Assembly: GCA_035285595.1 (NCBI GenBank)
Contig: JAYKGV010000028.1
Span: 13,795 to 77,794 of the forward strand
Direction: 5' to 3'
DNA from: Candidatus Sericytochromatia bacterium
GTDB lineage: Bacteria; Cyanobacteriota; Sericytochromatia; S15B-MN24; VGJW01
DNA: 64,000 nucleotides
Of this stretch, positions 56,126 through 64,000 are shown one piece after another. Position 1 is the first letter of the stretch. Each line of letters opens with the position of its first letter. The notes beneath the pieces were generated by a model. That model had not been told where the DNA came from and searched no databases. It was given only the letters and a program-made list of their open reading frames with translations. A program made the translations under genes and the position numbers.

Positions 56126-56848
56126 TCAAGGCTGGGGCGCAGAGATGACGGCACCTGAGCGAGCGTCAAGCACGTACTTGCCTTGAGCGTAATGTCCTTT
56201 GTAGACGACCGCGACGTAGGCCGGGAACCATTCCACCGTCGAGTCGGGCTTTCTCCTGGGCATCTGACTGAAGAACACACTCGAGGAGTCGATACCTGAA
56301 GTGCTGCCTCGCAGGCCAGCCTGCGCAAGGGTTTCTCGGACATTTTTCAGTTCCTCCAGGGAGGCGATGCCACCCACGGGTTCTCCTTGCATGGCCTTCA
56401 TCTGGATGAACTGCAGGCTCTTGACCTTGCCCCAGTCGTAGACACCGATGCGGCCGTCCCGGGCGATGACTTCGAGCACGCTGCCAAAGGACTTGGGAGG
56501 GGCGAACAACATGGCCAAGGTGACCTCACGCCGATTGGCTAGGCCCGACGTCAGGTTATCCGCCGCGTACTCCAACAAGCCGCCCGCCCCCTGGGTCTTG
56601 CCGAAGTCGTGACCAGCCTTTACCAGTGTCGCGAGATCTGCCGTCTGCTCCTGTGCGCTAAGGTCGCGCACGACCAGAGGTTTTTTCCAGGCTGGAATGG
56701 CAGGGGGGGCAGTCTTTGCCGCGACCCCTTGCACGGCACCTGGGGTCAGCCCCGCACCCGGAAAGGTTCCACAGCCCGCCGCGGCACCTGCCACGGCCAA
56801 GGCAAGCATCACGGAGCGGCCACGACGGAGAGCGGTCATCTTGCACAT
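56126..56848 (-). CDS. Lipoprotein, PepSY-like C-terminus
   Basis: Lipobox 'LALAVAGAAAG|CG'. C-terminal 'YVAVVYKGHYAQGKYVLDARSGAVIS'. Confidence 0.55.
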   Translation of the reverse strand: MCKMTALRRGRSVMLALAVAGAAAGCGTFPGAGLTPGAVQGVAAKTAPPAIPAWKKPLVVRDLSAQEQTADLATLVKAGHDFGKTQGAGGLLEYAADNLTSGLANRREVTLAMLFAPPKSFGSVLEVIARDGRIGVYDWGKVKSLQFIQMKAMQGEPVGGIASLEELKNVRETLAQAGLRGSTSGIDSSSVFFSQMPRRKPDSTVEWFPAYVAVVYKGHYAQGKYVLDARSGAVISAPQP

Positions 56849-56962
56849 CCTTGGTTCAGAGGGGGAGGCGTCCGACAAACTTGTGAAAAATAAATAGCAA
56901 AGAACTAGTTAACACTAGATGAAAGAAAGGTGTATGTCAAGCTCGCTTGGCGTGGCGTGATA

Positions 56963-56978
56963 TCATCTTTAAAGATGA
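56963..56978. promoter_or_regulatory. Perfect 16-bp palindrome TCATCTTTAAAGATGA (overlapping TGATATCA) in the AT-rich region between the lipoprotein gene and tatA
   Basis: Read directly. Sits 27 nt upstream of the tatA ATG. The adjacent segment 56879-56940 is very AT-rich, with a CTAGTtaacACTAG repeat. Confidence 0.45.
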
Positions 56979-57004
56979 CAACCTCGAGAGGCGGATCCTG
57001 AGCC

Positions 57005-57208
57005 ATGGTTTCCACGACTTCGGCCATCGTCATCGGTGCCGTGGCCCTTCTGGTCGTCGGCCCGCGCAAGCTCCCTGAGCTGGCTCGGGGGCTTGGCAAG
57101 GCCATGGGTGAGTTCCGCAAGGGTATCCATGGGCTTGAGGAGGGTGATTCGCCCCCTTCGCCCCAAGCCTCCGGCGACAAGCCGGATGCCCACGCTCCCA
57201 AGACCTGA
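57005..57208 (+). CDS. tatA: Sec-independent protein translocase TatA/E
   Basis: 'IVIGAVALLVVGPRKLPELARGLGKAMGEFRKG'. Confidence 0.9.
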   Translation: MVSTTSAIVIGAVALLVVGPRKLPELARGLGKAMGEFRKGIHGLEEGDSPPSPQASGDKPDAHAPKT

Positions 57209-57302
57209 GCCGTGTCCGGCTTGTCTGACTTCCCCACATAGGCTCATTGATGTCTTCCGACCCTGACCCTGACCTTGGTCGCCGTTCGTCCGCGTTGTCG
57301 GT

Positions 57303-58661
57303 ATGCCGTCGATGATGATTCCCCCTCAGGTCTTGCCCCCCTTGATGGAGGCCACGGTGCCCCTGGGGCCTATGTCACCTTTGACGGCGATGGGGGTGTT
57401 GGTCGTCTGCCTGCTGGGGGTCGCTTTCTTCAGTTCATCGGAAGCGGCCATCTTGAGCGTGAACCGCATCAGGGTGCGTAATCTGGCCGAGAAGGGTGAT
57501 CCGAGAGCCACCGCCCTGCAGCGGTTGCGGGACCAGCATGACAGCCTGCTGGGCACCATCCTGCTTCTTGAGAACTTTCTGATCATCATCGCTTCGTCGG
57601 TCTGGACCGTTCTGTCGGCCCAGTGGCTTGAGGCACGCGATATGGCCTCGCCCACCGGTCTCCTCATCGCCTCCCTCCTCATGACCTTCATCATCGTCCT
57701 GCTGGCCGAGATTACGCCCAAGACCTTCGCGGCCTCCTATGCCGAGGCTTGGAGCCTCAGGGTCAGTCGTATCATTCTGGCTTGCGTCTGGCTGTCCGGT
57801 CCGGTGGTGGGCGCCTTTACCTTTTGCAGCAATGCCTTGATCAGAATGTCCCGCAGAGTGCTGGGGCTGCGACCGGAAACCGCCACCCCCTTCGTGACAG
57901 ACGACGAGATCCGGATGCTTGCCGACGTGGGCCACGAAGAGGGGACGATTGAGACCGACGAGAACGAGATGATTCACGGGGTACTCGAACTCGGGGACAC
58001 GACGGTCCGGGAAATCATGGTGCCTCGTATCGACATGAAGTGCCTGTCGGCCGAAACCTCGTTGGAGGAGGCCTTGCAGGTGGTCACCGCGACCGGTCAC
58101 AGCAGGATTCCGGTCTACCGTGAAACCAGCGACAACATCGTGGGGATCCTCTACGTGAAGGATCTGCTGGGGCTACTCTCGCGGGACGACAAGCCAAGGT
58201 TGCTACCCAGTGCCTATATCCGGCCGGCCACCTACATTCCCGAAAGCAAGCGGGTCGACGATCTGCTGACCGACATGCGCCGAATGAAGATCCATATGGC
58301 CGTGGTGATGGACGAATACGGCGGGACGGCCGGTCTGGTCACCATCGAGGACATCCTTGAGGAAATCGTCGGCGATATCCAGGACGAGTTCGATGCCGAA
58401 GAAGACCTGCCTGTCAAGCACCAGGAGGACGGCTCCATCCTCGTCGATGGGCGGCTGCCCATCTATGAGGTGAATGAGTTGCTCGGGGCAGACCTGCCTA
58501 CAGAGGACTTCGATACCATCGGCGGCTTCGTCGTCGGCCAGCTGGGGCGTGCGCCGGTCCGCGGCGAGGAAGTCAAGTTCGCGGCGCTTCGTCTGGTCGC
58601 CAATGCCGTGGAGGCGAGACGGCTCGTCAGGGTTCAGATCATCCGGGAGTCAAATTCGTGA
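57303..58661 (+). CDS. corC: CNNM/CorC-family transporter (DUF21 + 2xCBS + CorC_HlyC)
   Basis: DUF21 TM region, CBS pair and C-terminal transporter-associated domain. Confidence 0.85.
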   Translation: MPSMMIPPQVLPPLMEATVPLGPMSPLTAMGVLVVCLLGVAFFSSSEAAILSVNRIRVRNLAEKGDPRATALQRLRDQHDSLLGTILLLENFLIIIASSVWTVLSAQWLEARDMASPTGLLIASLLMTFIIVLLAEITPKTFAASYAEAWSLRVSRIILACVWLSGPVVGAFTFCSNALIRMSRRVLGLRPETATPFVTDDEIRMLADVGHEEGTIETDENEMIHGVLELGDTTVREIMVPRIDMKCLSAETSLEEALQVVTATGHSRIPVYRETSDNIVGILYVKDLLGLLSRDDKPRLLPSAYIRPATYIPESKRVDDLLTDMRRMKIHMAVVMDEYGGTAGLVTIEDILEEIVGDIQDEFDAEEDLPVKHQEDGSILVDGRLPIYEVNELLGADLPTEDFDTIGGFVVGQLGRAPVRGEEVKFAALRLVANAVEARRLVRVQIIRESNS

Positions 58662-60307
58662 CCCAGCCAGCCGGCCACGTCACGCGCTACATCTTTGTAA
58701 CCGGTGGCGTCGTGTCCAGCATCGGCAAGGGCATCGTGGCTGCGAGCCTCGGCCGTTTGCTGAACCAGCGCGGCTATGGCGTGAGGATTCTGAAGCTGGA
58801 TCCCTACATCAACGTGGATCCTGGCACGATGAGCCCCTATCAGCATGGTGAGGTTTTCGTGACCGAGGATGGAGCGGAAACCGATCTGGACCTTGGGCAT
58901 TACGAACGGTTTGTCGATGTCCCGCACTCTCGGGAGAATAGTGCGACGGCCGGGGGCGTTTACCTCGAGGTCATCAGCAAGGAGCGCAGGGGGGATTACC
59001 TGTCAGGCACCGTGCAGGTCATCCCCCACGTCACGAACGAGATCAAGGACCGGATTCACAAGGTGGGTCGCAGGGCCGAAATTGCGATTGTCGAAATTGG
59101 TGGCACCGTGGGGGACATCGAGGGCCTGCCCTTCCTGGAAGCCATCCGCCAGTTTCGTAAGGACGTCGGTCGAGATCACGTGCTTTACCTCCACGTGACC
59201 CTCGTTCCCACGCTCAAGGCCGCTGGAGAGATGAAGACCAAGCCGACCCAGCACTCGGTCAAGGAGTTACGCAGCCTCGGCATCCAGCCTGACATCCTGA
59301 TTTGCCGCGCCGAGAGGCAACTTCCGGCCAGTGTACGGGAGAAATTGGCGCTGTTTTGCGACATCGACAAGGAGGCCGTCATTCATGCGCGTGATGCACG
59401 TAGCATCTACGAAGTGCCTCACCTTCTGGAGCGCGAGGGTTTGGCCGATCAGGTGCTGGCCCGCTTGCGCCTTGAACCCAGACCTCAAGGCATTGCCCCT
59501 GCCTGGCCGGAAGTTCTTACCGGTGAACGCAAGGCTTCCCGCCGACTCAAGGTGGGTCTGGTCGGTAAGTATGTGAAGCTTGCCGATGCGTACTTGTCGG
59601 TGCTCGAATCCCTCAAGCACGCGGCGGCGTCCCTGGACGCCGAGGTTGAGGTCGTCTGGGTCGCAGCGGACCAGCTCGAGGAGCAGCCGGAAGCTTTGGC
59701 CAGACTCCGTGATCTCGATGGCGTCCTGGTGCCGGGCGGCTTTGGCCCCCGTGGCATCGAGGGCAAGATTGCGGCGGCCAGATTGGCGCGGCAGGAGAAG
59801 GTTCCCTTCCTCGGCCTGTGCCTAGGAATGCAGGTCGCCGTGATTGCCTTTGCACGCGACCTGTGTGGCCTGGACGCTGCTCATTCGACCGAATTCGACC
59901 CTTCGACCCCGTACCCCGTCATCGACATCCTGCCGGAGCAGAAGGGTATCGAGGACAAGGGGGGGACCATGCGCCTCGGGAGTTATCCATGCGCCCTTGT
60001 GCCCGGTACCCGGACCGCAATGGCCTATGGCTCCTCCACGGTTCACGAGCGTCATCGACATCGCTACGAAGTCAATCCTCACTTCGTGGCTCGGTTGCAG
60101 GGCGCAGGGCTTGTGGTATCCGGCACCCTGCCCGAACGTGGTCTCGTTGAAGTGGTCGAGTGGCCTGAGCACCCCTGGTACGTGGCCTGTCAGTTTCATC
60201 CGGAGTTCCAGAGTCGTCCCGGCCGTGCCCACCCTCTCTTCCTCGGCTTCGTTTCCGCGGCGCTCGCCCGGGCGGAGCTTGCCCAACGCGCGGAGGTCTT
60301 GCGGTGA
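58658..60307 (+). CDS. pyrG: CTP synthase
   Basis: '[16 protein letters not shown]', 'GLCLGMQ' GATase Cys, and 'HRHRYEVN'. Confidence 0.95.
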   Translation: MTQPAGHVTRYIFVTGGVVSSIGKGIVAASLGRLLNQRGYGVRILKLDPYINVDPGTMSPYQHGEVFVTEDGAETDLDLGHYERFVDVPHSRENSATAGGVYLEVISKERRGDYLSGTVQVIPHVTNEIKDRIHKVGRRAEIAIVEIGGTVGDIEGLPFLEAIRQFRKDVGRDHVLYLHVTLVPTLKAAGEMKTKPTQHSVKELRSLGIQPDILICRAERQLPASVREKLALFCDIDKEAVIHARDARSIYEVPHLLEREGLADQVLARLRLEPRPQGIAPAWPEVLTGERKASRRLKVGLVGKYVKLADAYLSVLESLKHAAASLDAEVEVVWVAADQLEEQPEALARLRDLDGVLVPGGFGPRGIEGKIAAARLARQEKVPFLGLCLGMQVAVIAFARDLCGLDAAHSTEFDPSTPYPVIDILPEQKGIEDKGGTMRLGSYPCALVPGTRTAMAYGSSTVHERHRHRYEVNPHFVARLQGAGLVVSGTLPERGLVEVVEWPEHPWYVACQFHPEFQSRPGRAHPLFLGFVSAALARAELAQRAEVLR

Positions 60308-60711
60308 GTGTTGCAGTCCTCGACCCGGCAGCCTTGTTGACTGAGGCTCGTGCGGCCAGGGTCAACGCCTATGCGCCCTACAGCGGATTTCCCGTCGGTG
60401 CCGCCTTGCTCCTTGCGGATGGTACGGTCGTGCGTGGGGTCAATGTCGAGAATCGGACCTTTGGCCTTACGGTGTGTGCCGAGCGGACGGCTGTGGCGAC
60501 GGCTGTTGCGGCGGGCCACCGGCAGTTTCTTGCCTTGGCCGTCTCGGCGGAAAGGGCGGCACCTTGCCCCCCTTGCGGGGCATGTCGGCAGGTGCTTGCC
60601 GAGTTCTCGCCTTCCCTGCCCATCTATCTCGAAGGTCCCGATGGCACCCCCGTGGTGCATGACCTCGGGCAGCTTCTTCCCGAGCAGTTCACCTTGCCCC
60701 CGAGGCCCTGA
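60304..60711 (+). CDS. cdd: Cytidine deaminase
   Basis: 'CAERTA' and 'PCGACRQ' zinc ligands. Start overlaps the pyrG stop. Confidence 0.9.
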   Translation: MSVAVLDPAALLTEARAARVNAYAPYSGFPVGAALLLADGTVVRGVNVENRTFGLTVCAERTAVATAVAAGHRQFLALAVSAERAAPCPPCGACRQVLAEFSPSLPIYLEGPDGTPVVHDLGQLLPEQFTLPPRP

Positions 60712-60716
60712 CGTCC

Positions 60717-61595
60717 GTGCACTGTGGAACGGTAGCAGTCCTCGGGCGCCCGAACGTAGGCAAAAGTACCCTTGTCAACCGAATTTCCGGGCAGAAGGTG
60801 GCCATCGTCTCCAATCGACCCCAGACGACTCGACATCGCATCCGTGGCGTCTGGCACGGGGAAGATGCCCAGCTGGTCTTCGTCGACACGCCGGGCCTTC
60901 ACAAGCCCCATCATCGACTTGGCGAAGAGTTGGTGCTTGCGGCCGAAAGGGCACTGGAGGACGTCGACGTGGTGCTGGTGCTGGTCGATGGCACGACGGC
61001 ACCGGGCCCAGGAGATCGCCACGTGGTGGATCGTGCCATGGCGAGCGGCAGGCCGGTGTATCTCGGGATCAACAAGATCGATCGCAAGGCCAAGGGCCAG
61101 GATTATGGCCAGGCTTACGTGAGCTTGGGAAATTTCGCGTCAGTGCATGTCCTTTCCGCTCAGAAGGGTACAGGCGTTGCGGCGCTCCTGCGGTCCCTTG
61201 GTTCGTCGATGCCCGAAGGGCCAGCGCTATTTCCGGAGGAGATGGTCACGGATCAGACGTTGCGCCAACTGGCAGGGGAACTGGTCCGTGAACAGCTCAT
61301 GCGGCAGCTTTCTGACGAGTTGCCGCACGCGACGGCAGTCAGCGTGGACCGTTTCGATGAGTCGGATCCCGGGTTGACGCGGATTGAGGCTACCATCCAT
61401 GTCGAACGGGAGAGTCAGAAGGGCATCGTAATTGGGGTCGGTGCCGAGCGTCTGAAGTCCGTCGGGACCTTGGCCCGTGCGGCCATCGAACAGCAGACGG
61501 GGACCCGCGTGCATCTCGAGCTCAGGGTCAAGGTGCTTCCCCATTGGCGCAGGGATGCGGCAAAGCTCAAGCGACTGGGATATATCGTCGATTAG
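60717..61595 (+). CDS. era: GTPase Era
   Basis: G1 'GRPNVGKST', G3 'DTPG', 'NKID', and a C-terminal KH domain. Confidence 0.93.
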   Translation: MHCGTVAVLGRPNVGKSTLVNRISGQKVAIVSNRPQTTRHRIRGVWHGEDAQLVFVDTPGLHKPHHRLGEELVLAAERALEDVDVVLVLVDGTTAPGPGDRHVVDRAMASGRPVYLGINKIDRKAKGQDYGQAYVSLGNFASVHVLSAQKGTGVAALLRSLGSSMPEGPALFPEEMVTDQTLRQLAGELVREQLMRQLSDELPHATAVSVDRFDESDPGLTRIEATIHVERESQKGIVIGVGAERLKSVGTLARAAIEQQTGTRVHLELRVKVLPHWRRDAAKLKRLGYIVD

Positions 61596-61622
61596 TCGGT
61601 CAAGCAAACGGCAGGCCGAAAC

Positions 61623-63491
61623 TCAGGGGCTCGCGCTCAGTGCCGCCACACGCTTGGCCAGCAAGGGCAGCAAGCTCGGCCCGTAGCGTTCTGCACGGCG
61701 CTCGCCGACCCCGCGAACAGAGGCCAGTTCCACTGCGTCCGTTGGGCGCCGTACGGCCAGCTCCCTCAAGACGGCATCTGAAAAGACACAGTAGGCCGGC
61801 AGGGCCTGCCGCTGAGCCTGTTCACGTCTCCAAGCACGCAAGACCGCGAAAAGTTCTTGATCGTGGGGGCCAAGCTCCTGGCCCGCTGTGGTGCGACTCG
61901 CGGTCGGACGCGCCGCGACCTTGCGAGGCGTGCTGAGGTTGACCTCTGCATTCCCGGTCAAGACGGAGGCCGCCGCAGCCGTCACATGCAACGTGGAGTG
62001 CTCGGCATCCACTCTGACGAGGCCCAAGCCCGCCAACTGATCCAGCCAGTCCCGGACGGCTTCCGGGGGTTGCCCTTTGAGTAATCCGTGGACGGCCAGC
62101 TGGTCGAAGCCCTTGTCCCGCAACGCCTGATGCGTCTTCCCAAGCAAGACGTCTGTCACCATCTGCGCCCCATGCGCAGGCCTTAGCCGCCCTACCCCCG
62201 ACAGCAATTTGCGTGCCAGTGTCGTGCCGTCAGGATGCCTTTGATGCTCGCCGAGGCAGACGTCGCAACTTCCACAGGTATCCGTCGAGGGTTCTTGGCC
62301 GAAGTGTCTTCCAAGCGCAGCGTGTCGGCAGGAGAGTGCCTGAACGAAGCGGTACATGTCTCGCAACTGCTGGCGCTGATGACGGAACAATTCGGGATCG
62401 GAGATTGAAATCAGTCTCTCCCATTGCAGGACATCTCCCATGCCGTGCAGCAGCACACATTCGGCCTCGAGTCTGTCCCGGCCCGCCCTGCCAGCTTCCT
62501 GGACATACTGTTCAAGGGACCGGGGCAGCCCGGCATGGATGACGAAGCGGACATCACCACGATCGATCCCCATCCCGAAGGCTACGGTGGCCACGACCAA
62601 ATCGAGACGCTCCTGACGGAAGTCTTCGAGCGTTCTCCGTTTGAGGTCCGCATCCAAGCCGGCATGGTAAGGCCGAGCGGCCCAGCCTTTCCTGACCAGG
62701 GATTCCGCCAACTTTTCAACCTGCCGTCGTGTCGGGGCATAGATGATGCCGGCCTCGCCACGGTGGCGCCCGAGGACCTCAAGGATCTGCCCGAGGGTGT
62801 CGTGACGGTGTTGAAAGCGGAATGTCAGGTTCGGTCGATGCAGATTCCCCACCACGACGTCGGGATCAGCCATCTCGAGGCTCTTGAGGATGTCTTGACG
62901 AACCGCTGCGGTAGCCGTTGCCGTGAAGGCGTGGAGCGGACGGCCAGGTGCCAGGCGTTTCAGCCTGCCAAGCCCCCTGTAGGACTCTCGGTAGTCGTGT
63001 CCCCATTGGCTGATGCAGTGGGCTTCGTCGATCACAGCATAGGCCAGCGGCAGTCTACCGATGAACTGCTGCATCCCTTCGCTCTCGAGGCTCTCAGGAG
63101 AGAGATAAAGCAGGCGCAGCCGCCCTTCCAGTGCATCCTTGCCCACCGCACGCCGAGTTTCAGGATCCATGTCCGCGTACAGTGCTGCGGCGGGGACGCC
63201 GATGGCGCGCATGTTGGCCACCTGATCCTGCATCAAGGCGACCAGGGGGGAAATGACCAAAGCCAGCTGCCCCCGGGCCACGGCGGGCAACTGGTAGCAG
63301 AGAGATTTGCCGCCCCCTGTCGGCAGCACGACGAGACTGTCGCGACCTTCGAGGATGGGCTTCATCGCGTGGGCCTGATGAGGCAGCAACTCAGGAAAGC
63401 CCCAGTGTCTCGCCAAGGCCCCCAGCATATCGGGGTCAAGCACCCCATGATCCTCGGCTGGCCTCGTCTGGTCGTCAAGCCAAACCCACAA
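61623..63491 (-). CDS. recQ: ATP-dependent DNA helicase RecQ
   Basis: 'LVVLPTGGGKSLCYQLPA', 'DEAHCISQWGHDYR', an RQC zinc-binding Cys cluster and C-terminal HRDC. Alternative start at 63428. Confidence 0.9.
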   Translation of the reverse strand: MWVWLDDQTRPAEDHGVLDPDMLGALARHWGFPELLPHQAHAMKPILEGRDSLVVLPTGGGKSLCYQLPAVARGQLALVISPLVALMQDQVANMRAIGVPAAALYADMDPETRRAVGKDALEGRLRLLYLSPESLESEGMQQFIGRLPLAYAVIDEAHCISQWGHDYRESYRGLGRLKRLAPGRPLHAFTATATAAVRQDILKSLEMADPDVVVGNLHRPNLTFRFQHRHDTLGQILEVLGRHRGEAGIIYAPTRRQVEKLAESLVRKGWAARPYHAGLDADLKRRTLEDFRQERLDLVVATVAFGMGIDRGDVRFVIHAGLPRSLEQYVQEAGRAGRDRLEAECVLLHGMGDVLQWERLISISDPELFRHQRQQLRDMYRFVQALSCRHAALGRHFGQEPSTDTCGSCDVCLGEHQRHPDGTTLARKLLSGVGRLRPAHGAQMVTDVLLGKTHQALRDKGFDQLAVHGLLKGQPPEAVRDWLDQLAGLGLVRVDAEHSTLHVTAAAASVLTGNAEVNLSTPRKVAARPTASRTTAGQELGPHDQELFAVLRAWRREQAQRQALPAYCVFSDAVLRELAVRRPTDAVELASVRGVGERRAERYGPSLLPLLAKRVAALSASP

Positions 63492-63549
63492 TTGCCGAGA
63501 GGGCCATCGGGGATTTCGACCCGATGGCCCTCTGAGGTGCTACGACAGT

Positions 63550-63837
63550 TTAGTAGCGGGGACCACGATCGGCCCGGGGACCCTTGGGCTCGGAAATCCG
63601 GACCAGGATGGGGCGACCGAGCAGGTTGCTGTCGGAGAGCTGGCTGATCGCTGCCTGAGCCAGGTCAGCGGAGGCCATCTCGACGAAGCCGAAACCGCGG
63701 GAACGCTGCGTTTCACGATCAAGGACGACACGAGCGCTGACCACGTCACCCACCTGAGAGAAGTGGGACTGAAGATCGGCGTCGGTGACGCGATAGGCCA
63801 AGTTGGCCACGAAGAGCTGGGTCGACAAGTAAAACAC
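63550..63837 (-). CDS. RRM-type RNA-binding protein
   Basis: RNP2 'LFVANLAY' and RNP1 'RGFGFVEM'. Gly/Arg tail. Confidence 0.8.
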   Translation of the reverse strand: MFYLSTQLFVANLAYRVTDADLQSHFSQVGDVVSARVVLDRETQRSRGFGFVEMASADLAQAAISQLSDSNLLGRPILVRISEPKGPRADRGPRY

Positions 63838-64000
63838 CTCGGTAAGGTCGGTTGGGGGATACGGAGCGCCTGACCAGTTCGGAGGCGTCCTTCACCGAGC
63901 AACCACCGTCACCTGTGTCATGGTGCGACACGTACTCTATGATAACACATGTCGCAACACAGGTGCAACGATCACTTGAAATAGGTTGACCTGTCCAGGT

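Noticed and set aside
1-64000. Search for CRISPR arrays, tRNA/rRNA genes, IS elements or integrases
   Set aside because: No direct-repeat/spacer arrays, no cloverleaf-like conserved tRNA boxes and no transposase or integrase motifs were seen in any frame. The only tandem DNA repeat is the coding 21-bp repeat at 4998-5078.

Overview
This 64 kb window is a high-GC (about 68%), gene-dense chromosomal segment with genes on both strands. Most of it is conserved housekeeping sequence: dnaE, alaS, lysS, pyrG-cdd-era, recR, recQ, rph, mnmA, rpsT, rpsU, tatA, sdaAB/sdaAA, ybeY-dgkA, a 7TM-HD hydrolase, ybaB, hppD and a fadN-like gene. Between these sit small accessory islands. No rRNA, tRNA, CRISPR array or transposase was recognised. 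Many long ORFs in the six-frame track are antisense shadows of real genes, which is expected at this GC content, and were discarded. The most notable calls are these. (1) selD is read as a selenoprotein, with an in-frame TGA at the Cys17-equivalent position, so the track splits it into two ORFs. (2) A periplasmic protein ends in four tandem 21-bp His-rich repeats. (3) A 686-aa protein carries two tandem GspE-N/MshEN-like motifs, a membrane anchor and TPR repeats. (4) A stand-alone RelA/SpoT-domain protein lies in a GNAT-kinase-RluE operon. (5) A CUT1 sugar ABC operon is translationally coupled to an intracellular-type subtilase and faces a secreted protein with a Cys-motif/TM/Arg-rich C-terminal tail. 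(6) An 895-aa fused DUF2029/GT39 membrane glycosyltransferase. (7) An ECF sigma/anti-sigma pair with a tiny Pro/Thr-rich secreted peptide. (8) A lower-GC pocket at 55.4-57.0 kb with a near-consensus sigma70 promoter, unknown small genes and a perfect 16-bp palindrome upstream of tatA. Coordinates derived by hand from the track may be off by 1-3 nt, and start codons are the least certain part of each call.
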